64,000 nucleotides of DNA from Macrostomum lignano. Its lineage: Eukaryota. The stretch covers positions 1-64,000 of the forward strand of contig NIVC01001193.1 in assembly GCA_002269645.1 (NCBI GenBank), read 5' to 3'. Below, in pieces: positions 39,201-54,259 of the stretch; the first letter of the stretch is position 1, and each line of letters starts with the position of its first letter. The position numbers and the translations under genes were made by a program. The notes below the pieces were generated by a model that was not told the origin of the DNA, made no database searches, and saw only the letters and a program-made list of their open reading frames with translations.

Positions 39201-40808
39201 AGCTGAGTAGGGAATGGCTGCTGAGTCTGTATAGCTGAGTAGGGAATGGCTGCTGAGTCTGTATAGCTGAGTAGGGAATGGTTGTTGAGTCTGTATAGCT
39301 GAGTAGGGAATGGTTGCTGAGTCTGTATAGCTGAGTAGGGAATGGTTGTTGAGTCTGTATAGCTGAGTAGGTAATGGTTGTTGAGTCTGTATAGCTGAGT
39401 AGGGAATGGTTGCTGAGTCTGTATAGCTGATTTGCTGAGCAGGTCTCATGGTGAATCTGATTGTGGTCCCTGTCAGTTTAATCACCAATAAATTCGTTAC
39501 CATGCATACCGACAGCAACTTACATCGTGTCCATACGGCTGCCAGTAGAGCTGTTGCTGCTGCTGTTGTTGCTGCTTCTGTTGTTGCTGCTTCTGCGAAG
39601 GCGGCTCGCCTTGTCGCGACACCAGGAGCCGGACTGTGGCACCCACCGGGATGGATCGCAGCAGCGACACAACGTCAGTTTGAGTTCGGCCGCACAGACG
39701 AAATCCGTCCACTTCAAGTAGGCGATCGCCTGTCCGAAGCCGGCCATCTCGGACAGCGGAGCCGCGGCCAAGAATGGTCTTGACGAATATCGGACTCTCG
39801 ACATTGGCCGCGTCGGTTAAGTCGGTCGGTTCGGCTGCCGACGCTGCGGCCGCCGACATGAGGGCGTGATCCCTGGCAGCGACAGAGAATCCCAGGCCGT
39901 CGGGAGATTTCAATAGGTCAACGGAAAACACCTGGCCAAGGGTGCGCACGTTCAGAGAGTTCGGACCTGCCACGGTGGTCGTCGGAGGCGGCGCCTGTGG
40001 CGGCGGCGGCGGAGGAGGAAGCGGAGGCGACGGTACAGCAGCGGCCGCCGCTCCGTTCAAGCAGTCTAAGCTGTACTCATTATTCTCTGAGCTCGACAGT
40101 CGCCGTCGGGGCAGCGGAGGCAGAGGCGACGGCGGCGGCGGCAGCGGCGGAGACTGGCGTCGATCCTGCAGGATCGCCCGAGCGACGCCGTCCAGGGTGT
40201 TCACGGGTGGCGGCGGAGGCGGCGGCGGCGGCGATGCGAGCGGCGACGGAGGCGGAGACGGGAGGCGCCTGTGGCGATGAAGGAGTCTGGAAGAGTTGGG
40301 AAATAAGTTGGGATAAGGTTTACCAACTACTACAGGTAAGTGAGCAGGCCGGAGACCCAGTGCAATATAAGCTGCCACTCACTCAGCGGCATTCTCCATT
40401 CTGTGGCGCGGCAAGCCGCTGCCGCCACTCGCGCCGCCGCCTCCATTGACAAGAGGCTTGGCCGGCAGCGGCTGCCTCTGCCTCTCATCACTGTCTGCAG
40501 GCATCGCCATCATGAAGGCCGGAGGCGGCGGCGGCAGGTCTTCGGTGCAGCAGCAGTCGGAGTCGTACGCGGCCGCTCCGCCGCTGCTGCTGCCGCCGCC
40601 TCCGCCACCGCCGCCGCTGCCCAGTCCGCCGCAGGTGGGAGGCAACGGAGGACAGGTGTGCGCAATCAGCTGCAAGGGGGCGGGTGGAAGTTAATTAGCG
40701 CGTATTTTTTCAAGAAAATATCAATCATCGGAGCATTAAATATTCAATAGAATTCGCTTTTGCAGAATTGGCCTAGCTGGTGAAAGATAAGACGGCTAAG
40801 CGCTAAGA

Positions 40809-40851
<43 letters not shown>

Positions 40852-40864
40852 GCCAGACAGACAC

Positions 40865-40926
<62 letters not shown>

Positions 40927-40948
40927 GGACAGACGGACAGACGGACAC

Positions 40949-40991
<43 letters not shown>

Positions 40992-43811
40992 CACAGACAG
41001 ACAGACAGACAGACACACAGACAGAAAGACACACAGACAGACACACAGACAGACAGACAGATAGACAGACACTCACATGAGGAGCACAGGCAGTCAGCCA
41101 GGCCTGCTGAAGATCGTAGGAGGCGGAGCGGCCTCCCAGTGACACAGAGTGCACTGGCCGCTCAACAGCGCAGGCCATGGCAAGGGAAAAGCAGCCCCAG
41201 GACTGGCTCCTGCCTCTTGCATAGCCAGGCATTTTGCTAAGGCTAAGCCGATATTTGGTTGCCTCTTCGGAGAAATGCTTTCTCAATTGCAATTTGTCTG
41301 ACTTTAAAATGAGCCGCAACTACTGCTGGCATGTAATAACCTTTCGCTTATTAATACAGATTGCTAAAAATGCTAAATATGCAAATTTTATGCTAATCAC
41401 AGCGGCCTCGCGTGATTCCGAGTTTGCAATTTCTGTCTAGCACAGAGTCACTGTTGGTATAATTAGAGAAACAGCCTACTGTAAGTAGAAATGCAGGCAT
41501 TTTGCTATGAAAAATGAACCGGATGATGCGAGAAATTTTAGAAACAAATCTGTTTCGTTTTGCTTTGCTTTAAAAATGATAAATCATAACTATCTCAGTA
41601 GTCTTCAGACAGGTTTCATTCTGCGGGACATTTAAACACGACAGTTGTTGCTGTTTCTTTCTATTTCTGTTCAGCCGCTAAAGCTTTCTTTTGCAGGCAA
41701 AACCGCTTTTAGCAATTAATTTTCTTGTCAAACCAATTTCTTCAACGATGACGGGCCGAGAAAGTGCAAACACAAGCGCGTGTTTGGGAAGGAAAAAGAG
41801 GGGAAAGACCACTTTCGACTTTCTTCCTTAGACCAAAGTCCTTCGTCAGTCTCGCGACTTACTAAAAGCGGATTAACTGTCACCCTGCTGCTGCTGGGAT
41901 CTTCCGGGAAGGGGTAGGGGTATTACTACACTATATAGTACTAAGCTTTTTTTACTAGAAGCTTATCCGGCGTGACACAAATGCACTTAGAAACCTTAAA
42001 TCCGAGAGAGAGAGAGAGAGTCTCGATAAAGCATCTGGCTATAGTTTGAGATGCCAAATAGCTAATTAGTTGGCTGAATAAAACAGTATTAGCCAACTTG
42101 GCAATACTAGTGCAGTCTGTACTTACCTAGCTGTTACATAGGAACAACCTGTTAGCTAGAGGTTTTGCAATCATGATCGGCATAGAGAGTCTCTGATCTC
42201 TGGCAAGCACCGATCCCACTTCACCAGTTCCCGATCTCACTCACCAGTTCCCGATCTCACTCACCAGTTCCCGATCCCACTTCACCAGTTCCCGATCTCA
42301 CTCACCAGTTCCCGATCCCACTCACCAGTTCCCGATCCCACTCACCAGTTCCCGATCCCACTTCAGTAGTTCCAGATCCCACTTCAGTAGTTCCCGATCC
42401 CACTTCAGTAGTTCCCGATCCCACTTCAGTAGTTCCCGATCCCACTTCAGTAGTTCCCGATCCCACTCACCAGTTCCCGATCCCACTTCAGTAGTTCCAG
42501 ATCCCACTTCAGTAGTTCCCGATCCCACTTCAGTAGTTCCCGATCCCACTTCAGTAGTTCCCGATCCCACTCACCAGTTCCCGATCCCACTTCAGTAGTT
42601 CCAGATCCCACTTCAGTAGTTCCCGATCCCACTTCAGTAGTTCCCGATCCCACTTCAGTAGTTCCCGATCCCACTCACCAATTCCCGATCCCACTCACCA
42701 GTTCCCGATCCCACTCACCAGTTCCCGATCCCACTCACCAGTTCCCGATCCCACTTCAGTAGTTCCCGATCCCACTCACCAGTTCAGAATCCCCCTTACC
42801 AATTCCCGATCTCACTCACCAGTTCCCGATCCCACTCATCAGTTCCCGATCCCACTCACCAGTTCCCGATCCCACTCACCAGTTCCCGATCCCACTCACC
42901 AGTTCCCGATCCCACTCACCAGTTCCCGATCCCACTCACCAGTTCCCGATCCTCCTTACCAGTTCCCGATCCCACTCACCAGTTCCCAATCCTCCTTACC
43001 AGTTCCCGATCCCACTCACCAGTTCCCAATCCTCCTTACCAGTTCCCGATCCCACTCACCAGTTCCCAATCCTCCTTACCAGTTCCCGATCCCACTCACC
43101 AGTTCCCGATCCCACTCACCAGTTCCCGATCCTCCTTACCAGTTCCCGATCCCACTCACCAGTTCCCAATCCTCCTTACCAGTTCCCGATCCCACTCACC
43201 AGTTCCCGATCCCACTCACCAGTTCCCGATCCCACTCACCAGTTCCCGATCCTCCTTACCAGTTCCCGATCCCACTCACCAGTTCCCAATCCTCCTTACC
43301 AGTTCCCGATCCCACTCACCAGTTCCCAATCCTCCTTACCAGTTCCCGATCCCACTCACCAGTTCCCAATCCTCCTTACCAGTTCCCGATTCCACTCACC
43401 AGTTCCCAATCCTCCTTACCAGTTCCCGATCCCACTCACCAGTTTCCAATCCTCCTTACCAGTTCCCGATCCCACTCACCAGTTCCCAATCCTCCTTACC
43501 AGTTCCCGATCCCACTCACCAGTTCCCGATCCCACTCACCAGTTCCCGATCCCACTCACCAGTTCCCGATCGTCCAGGACGTCTGCCACTCTGTCGCCCC
43601 AGTCCAGAATGCCGCCGTCCCTGGCCAGGACAACCCTGGACACGGTGAAGGATGGAGATGAGGAGGCTGGCGATGACGAGGCGGGAGAAGATGTGACCGC
43701 AGCGGTCAGGTAACGCCTGGCGGCCTTGTCAACCAGACTGCGGATTGTCAGGTCGCCGCTGCCGCACGGGACAACCAGCTTGGTGTCGCCGAAGCTCACC
43801 GTCACCTTCAT
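16356..43811 (-). CDS. par-3: Partitioning defective 3 (Par-3/Bazooka) polarity scaffold
   Basis: Exons 43560-43811 ([17 protein letters not shown]...DGGILD...[10 protein letters not shown]1 oligomerisation domain), 40383-40669, 39524-40286 (PDZ2-like [10 protein letters not shown]...GDRLLEVDG), 28896-29105 and 27469-27927 (PDZ3-like GLGVSVK...|[15 protein letters not shown]), 26266-26450, 24231-24388 (aPKC site [15 protein letters not shown]), 20597-21038 (RGFLRGLFR), 16356-16638. All junctions are GT-AG and in phase. The last exon is less certain. Confidence 0.93.
16825..19370. repeat. 41-bp minisatellite with a 369-bp (9-mer) higher-order repeat
   Basis: Unit agacggaagagactgctagagagtgacagattccgtgtgac. 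Variant agagaat recurs at 18146, 18515, 18884, 19253. Confidence 0.95.
19863..20556. repeat. 28-bp minisatellite (gtgatcagacaggtgagtgaccgatgga)
   Basis: About 25 units. Confidence 0.95.
21087..22380. repeat. 65-bp minisatellite with internal inverted acctgtt/aacaggt motifs
   Basis: Period 65 (cagtgaccag at 21121 and 21186). Confidence 0.93.
23020..24140. repeat. 27-bp minisatellite (gatacgagactagactagatggtataa)
   Basis: Homogeneous core with degenerate edges. Confidence 0.93.
24525..26012. repeat. Abutting purine-rich arrays: 22-bp (gacgcagagaggtagggagaga) then 15-bp (atggcagggagggag)
   Basis: Switch near 25430. Confidence 0.93.
26488..27463. repeat. 12-bp (gcactgtgacaa) array followed by a 17/19-bp (cacagcaagcacagtga) array
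   Basis: Fills a par-3 intron. Explains several Cys/Val-rich pseudo-ORFs. Confidence 0.93.
27980..28868. repeat. 20-bp minisatellite (atgtcagagtctactcaggg) in the intron that splits PDZ3
   Basis: About 44 units. Confidence 0.95.
29120..31362. repeat. 32-bp minisatellite (gactgggtcaggctgtgactagactgattaca) with 480- and 512-bp block duplications
   Basis: About 70 units. Shared variants at offsets of 480 (29401 vs 29881) and 512 (gggccagg near 30528 vs 31040). Confidence 0.95.
34136..35090. repeat. 34-bp minisatellite switching to a 30-bp deletion variant (ctgaagcttgggtatcagcaccgcc[tctc]tgtca)
   Basis: Switch near 34800. Confidence 0.95.
35660..36255. repeat. Imperfect (GA)n purine tract
   Basis: Direct inspection. 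Confidence 0.9.
37230..37800. repeat. 14-bp minisatellite (gagatgagatgtgg)
   Basis: Degenerate units. Confidence 0.85.
38320..39428. repeat. 13-bp array (ctgagtctgatag) followed by a related 32-bp array (ctgagtagggaatggctgctgagtctgtatag)
   Basis: Switch near 38886. Confidence 0.95.
40808..41070. repeat. (GACA)n microsatellite; a shorter one lies at about 31920-32060
   Basis: Direct inspection. Confidence 0.95.
42212..43570 (-). repeat. 20-bp minisatellite made of the par-3 exon1/intron1 junction (GATCGGGAACTG|gtgagtgg), about 65 units
   Basis: Plus-strand unit ccagttcccgatcccactca. The first unit overlaps the coding exon end. Confidence 0.95.
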
Positions 43812-44605
43812 TGCGGCTTAGCGCTGCTGAGCGGTGGCAATTTGGCGAGAAGATTCTGCTTCTGCCGCGCTTCTGCTGTCTGCTTTTTCTGGGGACTTCT
43901 GCAATTGAAAAATTCTATTTTTTAAATTTCCTTTAATTTTTATAACCTTTCTTAAAAATTAATTAGTGTTGACAATAGGAAAAATTAGGAAAAAATATAT
44001 TATTATTCCCAGATATTTTGATTTTCAAAATTGACAATAGAGTAATTCTTGCTTCGAATATGACAACTATATAAAAATTTATTTGCAAAAAATTCTGGAC
44101 AAACAAAAATAAATTTATTAAAACATAATCAAGATATACATGACTTTTAAACAATGGGGCAAGATGTCTTAAAAAAATTATAGCATTATATAATGAAATC
44201 TACTGCAAGCATAATACCATTGATAATATTTTTGACTCCTATCTCAGTGAGTCACTAACTAGCTTTATCTTAAGCTATAAAAGTTCTCTAGCTATATTTA
44301 TATGAACAACCTATTACTTTGTGGCAAAATGGTATTTTTAATCTTCCTTATATCTCAAGCAGGCTAGCTAATTTTTTTAAAAATCAATTTAAAAAATTAT
44401 ATATAAACTAAAGCATTGCATGATCTACATGATTGCTCTTTCTAGGATTGGCAATTATTCTGTCTACTAAGTTTTGTCCATACATACGCAACCTCCAAAA
44501 TTCGGTCGGCCATGCGACTTAGTTTTAACAAAAATGCGACGTAGTTTTTGGTCAAAAATGCGACTTACATGTAAAAAAACCCTGAAGCAAAATTAACGCA
44601 ATTTT

Positions 44606-44669
44606 GGGTAAACGGCAGGAGTAACTATAACTGTCTTATTAAGCCAAAATGCCTCGTCAGCTATTTAGT
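44606..44669 (+). pseudogene. Short diverged 28S rRNA-like fragment (helix 69-71 region, R2 target site)
   Basis: gggtaaacggcaggagtaactataactgtcttattaagccaaaatgcctcgtcagctatttagt versus recalled eukaryotic 28S GGGTAAACGGCGGGAGTAACTATGACTCTCTTAAGGTAGCCAAATGCCTCGTCATCTAATTAGT: about 55 of 65 columns match by hand. Weaker similarity extends about 25 nt upstream. Confidence 0.75.
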
Positions 44670-45005
44670 ACTACTACTTTGGTGCTTTTTCGGGTGGGCA
44701 TTTTTGTGACTTCCTTGGTTGGCCGCCAAATCGGTCGGCTGGATCGGCCGACTTTTGCGCATTTATGGTTTTGTCTATTACCTTTTTAAGGGTAATCATT
44801 ATAGTGAATAATTTATTTGGCCATGAAAATATTCAGGCCTACAAGCTATATATTATTTATAGTCTGTTAGAACTCTAAATCAAGAGTAAGTCAATAGTAT
44901 ACCTATAATTTATTAATGCATATTTATTAAAATGGTATCCTGGGTTCAAAAACAATATTTTGAAACGATGCCCTATATGTGATTTTTTATACAAGTACTG
45001 GAAGC

Positions 45006-45304
45006 ATAAGAATTGCCCACAGACTAAATTGCCTACCAAGATTTGCCTGTCAAGCTTTCCCTGCCAAGATTTGCCCATGGTACATTATGCATATGAGCAA
45101 ATTGCCCATCAAGATTTGCTTGCTAAGATTTGTCAACAAGACAAAATCTGCTATGTGGCTAAATGAATTATAATAAAAAAGCATTGCAAACAAAATTTGG
45201 TGGGAAAAAACTTGGCAGGCAATTTGCTTGCAGGTAATTTATTTGTAGGAAAATTGCTCTTTGCAAAAATGTTGATAGGCAATTTGTTTGTAGGCAATTC
45301 TCAT
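45006..45304. mobile_element. Degenerate foldback/MITE-like element with modular inverted arms
   Basis: Left arm ataagaattgcccacagactaaattgcctaccaag versus reverse complement of the right arm atgagaattgcctacaaacaaattgcctatcaac. Repeated ttgcc modules on the left, ggcaa on the right. No clear TSD. Confidence 0.55.
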
Positions 45305-47942
45305 AGACCCACTAGTACTAGAGAAAAACATATATCTGGCTTATAGGCTATATATGACTTACAAAGCCTCTGTATCTAGACTAGCTTGGCTCTTAAAACT
45401 TTATAATAGCAATCTAGCCTGCTCTGGGTTTGTGTCTTTTCTTACTTTCCTTTTCCGTTTTCTTTTTTCTGGCTCCTTTTCTTTTCTTTATCTTCTTACT
45501 TATCCTTTCTCTTATCCTATCTCTTATCTTTCCTCTTTTTTCTCATCTTCTATTCTCCCTTTTCTCCTCTTTTATCTGAAATGCATCCATGAACTAGGTT
45601 TTTTATCCGGTCCATAAGGCAAAAAAGTTTGCTGATCTTGAATATCAGACACTATAGAATTTAGTAATGGCTTATAAAAGTATATTCTGTATTGCACACT
45701 AATATTATTTATTATTTTTATATTCATAACATTCATAATAAAAGTACTTTAAAGATTTAGCATTCTATTTATATAAGCTTCTATTCTAGCAAGCAAATCT
45801 TATACATTTCTTTTAATTCATTTAAATGTATTATCTATGCTAGTATAGACTTAGGAAAATTTTGTCCAAAAAGTTATTTCGTTTATTACCATTGCACTAT
45901 TTCTAGAACATGCCATTGTAATTATGCTAAATGAAACTAATATGTATCTATATCTTGAAAATTGATACAAAATCACAAAAATAGTTATTTATTACTATTC
46001 TCTATTTTTATTTTCATACCTATATTATCTATAGCTGCAAAGCAGAAAAACAATTTTAAACAAAGAATATCATTTTTGTTTTTGTTTATTTTTGTTCAAA
46101 TAAATTAAGGATAATGATATTTTTGTCCTTTATTATTTGAAATGAAAGTGCTTCCGTATTTTAAACTTGCTTGCAGCAGTGCAGTTTGCTACCTTCAGAA
46201 ATTTGACTTATATTTATTTCTCTATGAGTATGAATGGGTGTTAAAACAAAGGAAAGATAAATTTATATCCAGCTTCCAGCATAGCAGTACAAACTTAGTG
46301 GACTCGACTGGCATGGTACAAAATGATAGTATTTTATTTTTGGAACTGTTGTGCTTTAAATGCTAATTCAATTGTTTATAGCAGCAGGATATGAAATTAA
46401 AATAAAGATATGCTAAACAGATTGTTTCTGTTTATATATAGCAACAATAATAATATTCCAAAGTTACTTAAACGGCCTGAGTAAACTGTAAACTTAGAGT
46501 TTTAATTTTTTAAAGTAATTGTATTCCTAGAAATGACATCTTTAAATTGTTGGAACGAAACAAATATCGAAGACAGTAATGTTGCTTAACAGTGAACAAA
46601 ACTTTGTAAAGAATAATATATTTGTTTTTTATAAGCTATTAAAATATGAAACGTTTTTTCGTTTAAAAGCTGTATAAATTTTTGTTTTAAATAGGTTGTG
46701 TTTCCGGCTTATTTACGCAAAATATGATCAATCGGCTTATCTGTCACAATACGTTTTTTCGTTTTTTTAATACTTTGTCAACTTATTTTAGTTTTAAAGC
46801 TTGTTTAAACTTCAACTTAAAACTCTCTTCAAATGAAATTTTACTCCTTGGTAGGTGATGGCTGGACTACAATATTTAAATCCCGTTTTTTGTTCCCCAT
46901 GCTAAATTCATGTTAAATTTACACTGATTTTGTGAATATTATTTTACCCAACACTTTCCAATGTACAATTACTATCTTTCACTTACGAACTGCTATAGTT
47001 ATAATTAAAATCAAGGAATAGTGAATACTAAAGTTACAAATTTAGGACTCCAAGCACAAAAATACAATTTTGATAAGAATATGATAATCGATATGATATT
47101 TATAATGACAAAAGGCTTCAGTGGCGTACAAGATTGATATGATGCACATGTACATGCATCTGATCGAGTTATACTAAAATTCCGCTTTACAAAAGTTACA
47201 GAATAATGTTGTGCCGCGTCCTCTATACATGTAGATGTTCATTAGACTACTGGATCCGTTTCAATTATTTTCAGATGATTTTCACATTAAAATCTTTTCG
47301 GTGGTGTAATACGACACTTAATTGTTCAAATACGATTCAAATTACCGATAACGAGTGCAAGGGCTAGATGTACGTGTACATTTATACATGTATGTACAAT
47401 AGTCGCAATGTACAAAAGTATATAATTTGTATATAGTGTTCGTTGGTGTGTTTGTAAATGTACACTCACGTGTTACTTCATGATATAATTCAGTCGTCAT
47501 TTTAGCTTTGAGAAGATACATGAAATATTTATGTAGGTATAAACAATTGTATATTAAGAAAATTAAGTTAAAAAAGCATGCCGAATTGAGTTTTGCATTT
47601 GCCGAGTTTACCTGGACCGATCTTTGTATTTTTTTTGTTAAGCCGAGGCGACAAAAAGCTGGACTGTTTTGGGCAATCTTATTGAGACGATCCGTCAGAA
47701 AAAAGAATTCCTCAGAGAAGCGAACACTTATATCGAAACAGCTGGTCATTGCACAGAGAATGCTCTGACTTTGAGATCGAGTTGCAAGCTTAAAAAATAA
47801 GAGCTCGAGAAAACTGTGGAGGGGAAAAATAATATAGACTTTGTTCGATCCCTAATTCTCATTCAGCTGCTCTCGATTATTTGATTGGGACTCCGGACAT
47901 CAGACCTTACGAGTACTCTGTGCTGTTTCCGAGCAGTTGATT

Positions 47943-52340
<4,398 letters not shown>

Positions 52341-52931
52341 TGCAGTCTTAACGTGGGACTGAAAGCAGCGGATCTGCCCGAGCAGAGTTGGTTAGGCCTA
52401 TTAAACTGGTGCAATGGCAATGTTAACCTGCCGTGCGAGAAATTGCTCGGAGTAGCTGGCTGGAAGGGCGGGCAGAAGAGCAGAAGACTAAAATCAAAGC
52501 GAACAGCCTTATCGAAGAGGCGCAGTGTACTCGCCCCACCCCTCCCTCCGCCTTATTTCCGCTTTCCGCACCTCCTTCTCCCCCTCTCTCCCCGCCGTAT
52601 CTCCACTGTGTATCTCGTCCCCCGACCTTCCAAGACTAAACTGCAGAAGCGGTAGAGCTCGAGAGAGAGAGAGACCATGAGCTCTCCAGAATCCCCGTTC
52701 TATCCCCCTACTCCCTACTCCCCAAAATCGGGATGCAAAGAAAGAGCGGCTGCACTGTACTCATTTACTCCAAGCTCGGTGGCAGCTCAGAGAGGTGAAC
52801 GCGCTATCTCGCAATTCTTTCCAATGCAGTCAGTTGAGAGAGTCAACACAGAGTTACCCAGCGCGTACAGAGAGGCAGAGTCTTGCAAAGTAATCAACAT
52901 ACAGGCAAGAGAAGTCCAAGGAGAGAGAGAG

Positions 52932-52966
<35 letters not shown>

Positions 52967-53474
52967 AAGGATGGAAGGGATGAAAAATGGGGAGAAAGGG
53001 AAGATGGGCGAGAAGGCTGAGTACGGTGATGGAGAAAGCTCTCAGTTAGGGAGATGTACTTTCTTCTCATGCAGGCAGCACCCAAATCCATGGCAGTGAA
53101 GCCGTGTGAGCTGATGCCATTTGTTTAACTAGGTAACCATGACAACAAACTGTGTCTGTAGGAGAGGAGCTATTAAGACAGAGTGATCTATTTTGGGATG
53201 AGAAGTTACGAAATGCGAACCCGTTAAAAGTATAAAATCTGTAGTTTTAATTTACGTAATTTATAATCAACCAAGCATAATTGTGTAGACTAAAATTTAA
53301 AAAATTATTAAAACTTTTTTGTCTGGTTTTTTCCTGGCGACTAGCTTACGTAATATTCGAAGAAAGACAGCTAGTCGAAGCAAGAAATGGGAAGAACAGG
53401 GAGGGAGGAAGAAGGAAGAGAGAGTGGAAGAGAGGCATAGGCCGAACGAGAGAAGGAGACAGAAAGGAAATGAG

Positions 53475-54050
53475 GGAGAGGGAGAGAGGCAGAGAGGGAG
53501 AGGCAGAGAGGGAGAGGCAGAGAGGGAGAGAAGGGGAGAGGGAGAGAGGGAGAGGCAGAGAGGGAGAGGCAGAGAGGGAGAGGCAGAGAGGGAGAGGCAG
53601 AGAGGGAGAGGCAGAGAGGGAGAGGCAGAGAGGGAGAGAAGGGGAGAGGGAGAGAGGGAGAGGCAGAGAGGGAGAGGCAGAGAGGGAGAGGCAGAGAGGG
53701 AGAGGCAGAGAGGGAGAGGCAGAGAGGAGAGGCAGAGAGGGAGAGGCAGAGAGGGAGAGGCAGAGAGGGAGAGGCAGAGAGGGAGAGGCAGAGAGGGAGA
53801 GGCAGAGAGGGAGAGGCAGAGAGGGAGAGGCAGAGAGGGAGAGGCAGAGAGGGAGAGGCAGAGAGGGAGAGGCAGAGAGGGAGAGGCAGAGAGGGAGAGG
53901 CAGAGAGGGAGAGGCAGAGAGGGAGAGGCAGAGAGGGAGAGGCAGAGAGGGAGAGGCAGAGAGGGAGAGGCAGAGAGGGAGAGGCAGAGAGGGAGAGGCA
54001 GAGAGGGAGAGGCAGAGAAGGAGAGGCAGAGATAGAGGGAGAGGCAGAGA
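53475..54050. repeat. 14-bp purine array (gagagggagaggca)
   Basis: Direct inspection. Confidence 0.93.
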
Positions 54051-54259
54051 GAAGGGGAAAGTGCTAACATTGACAGCATAAGCCGTGTACGCATACAAAG
54101 CAGAAGACTTTAATATAACACTGATTGAAGATTGCACACATACCATGCCTATTGCCATGTCAAATGAATAGCAATAATAATATTTAATATTAATAATAAT
54201 AATAATGATAATAATCCGCAATACAACAAAGAAGACAATGAAATTTCAGAGCACGCAGC

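Noticed and set aside
41075-41250. GC-rich segment ending in a gtgagt donor in par-3 intron 1; possible missing PDZ1 exon
   Set aside because: No PDZ-like motif in the open frame. It might be an alternative exon, but I cannot support that.
47630-47800. Short plus-strand open frame (AEATKSWTVLGNLIETIRQKKEF...)
   Set aside because: No start, partner exons or recognisable domain.
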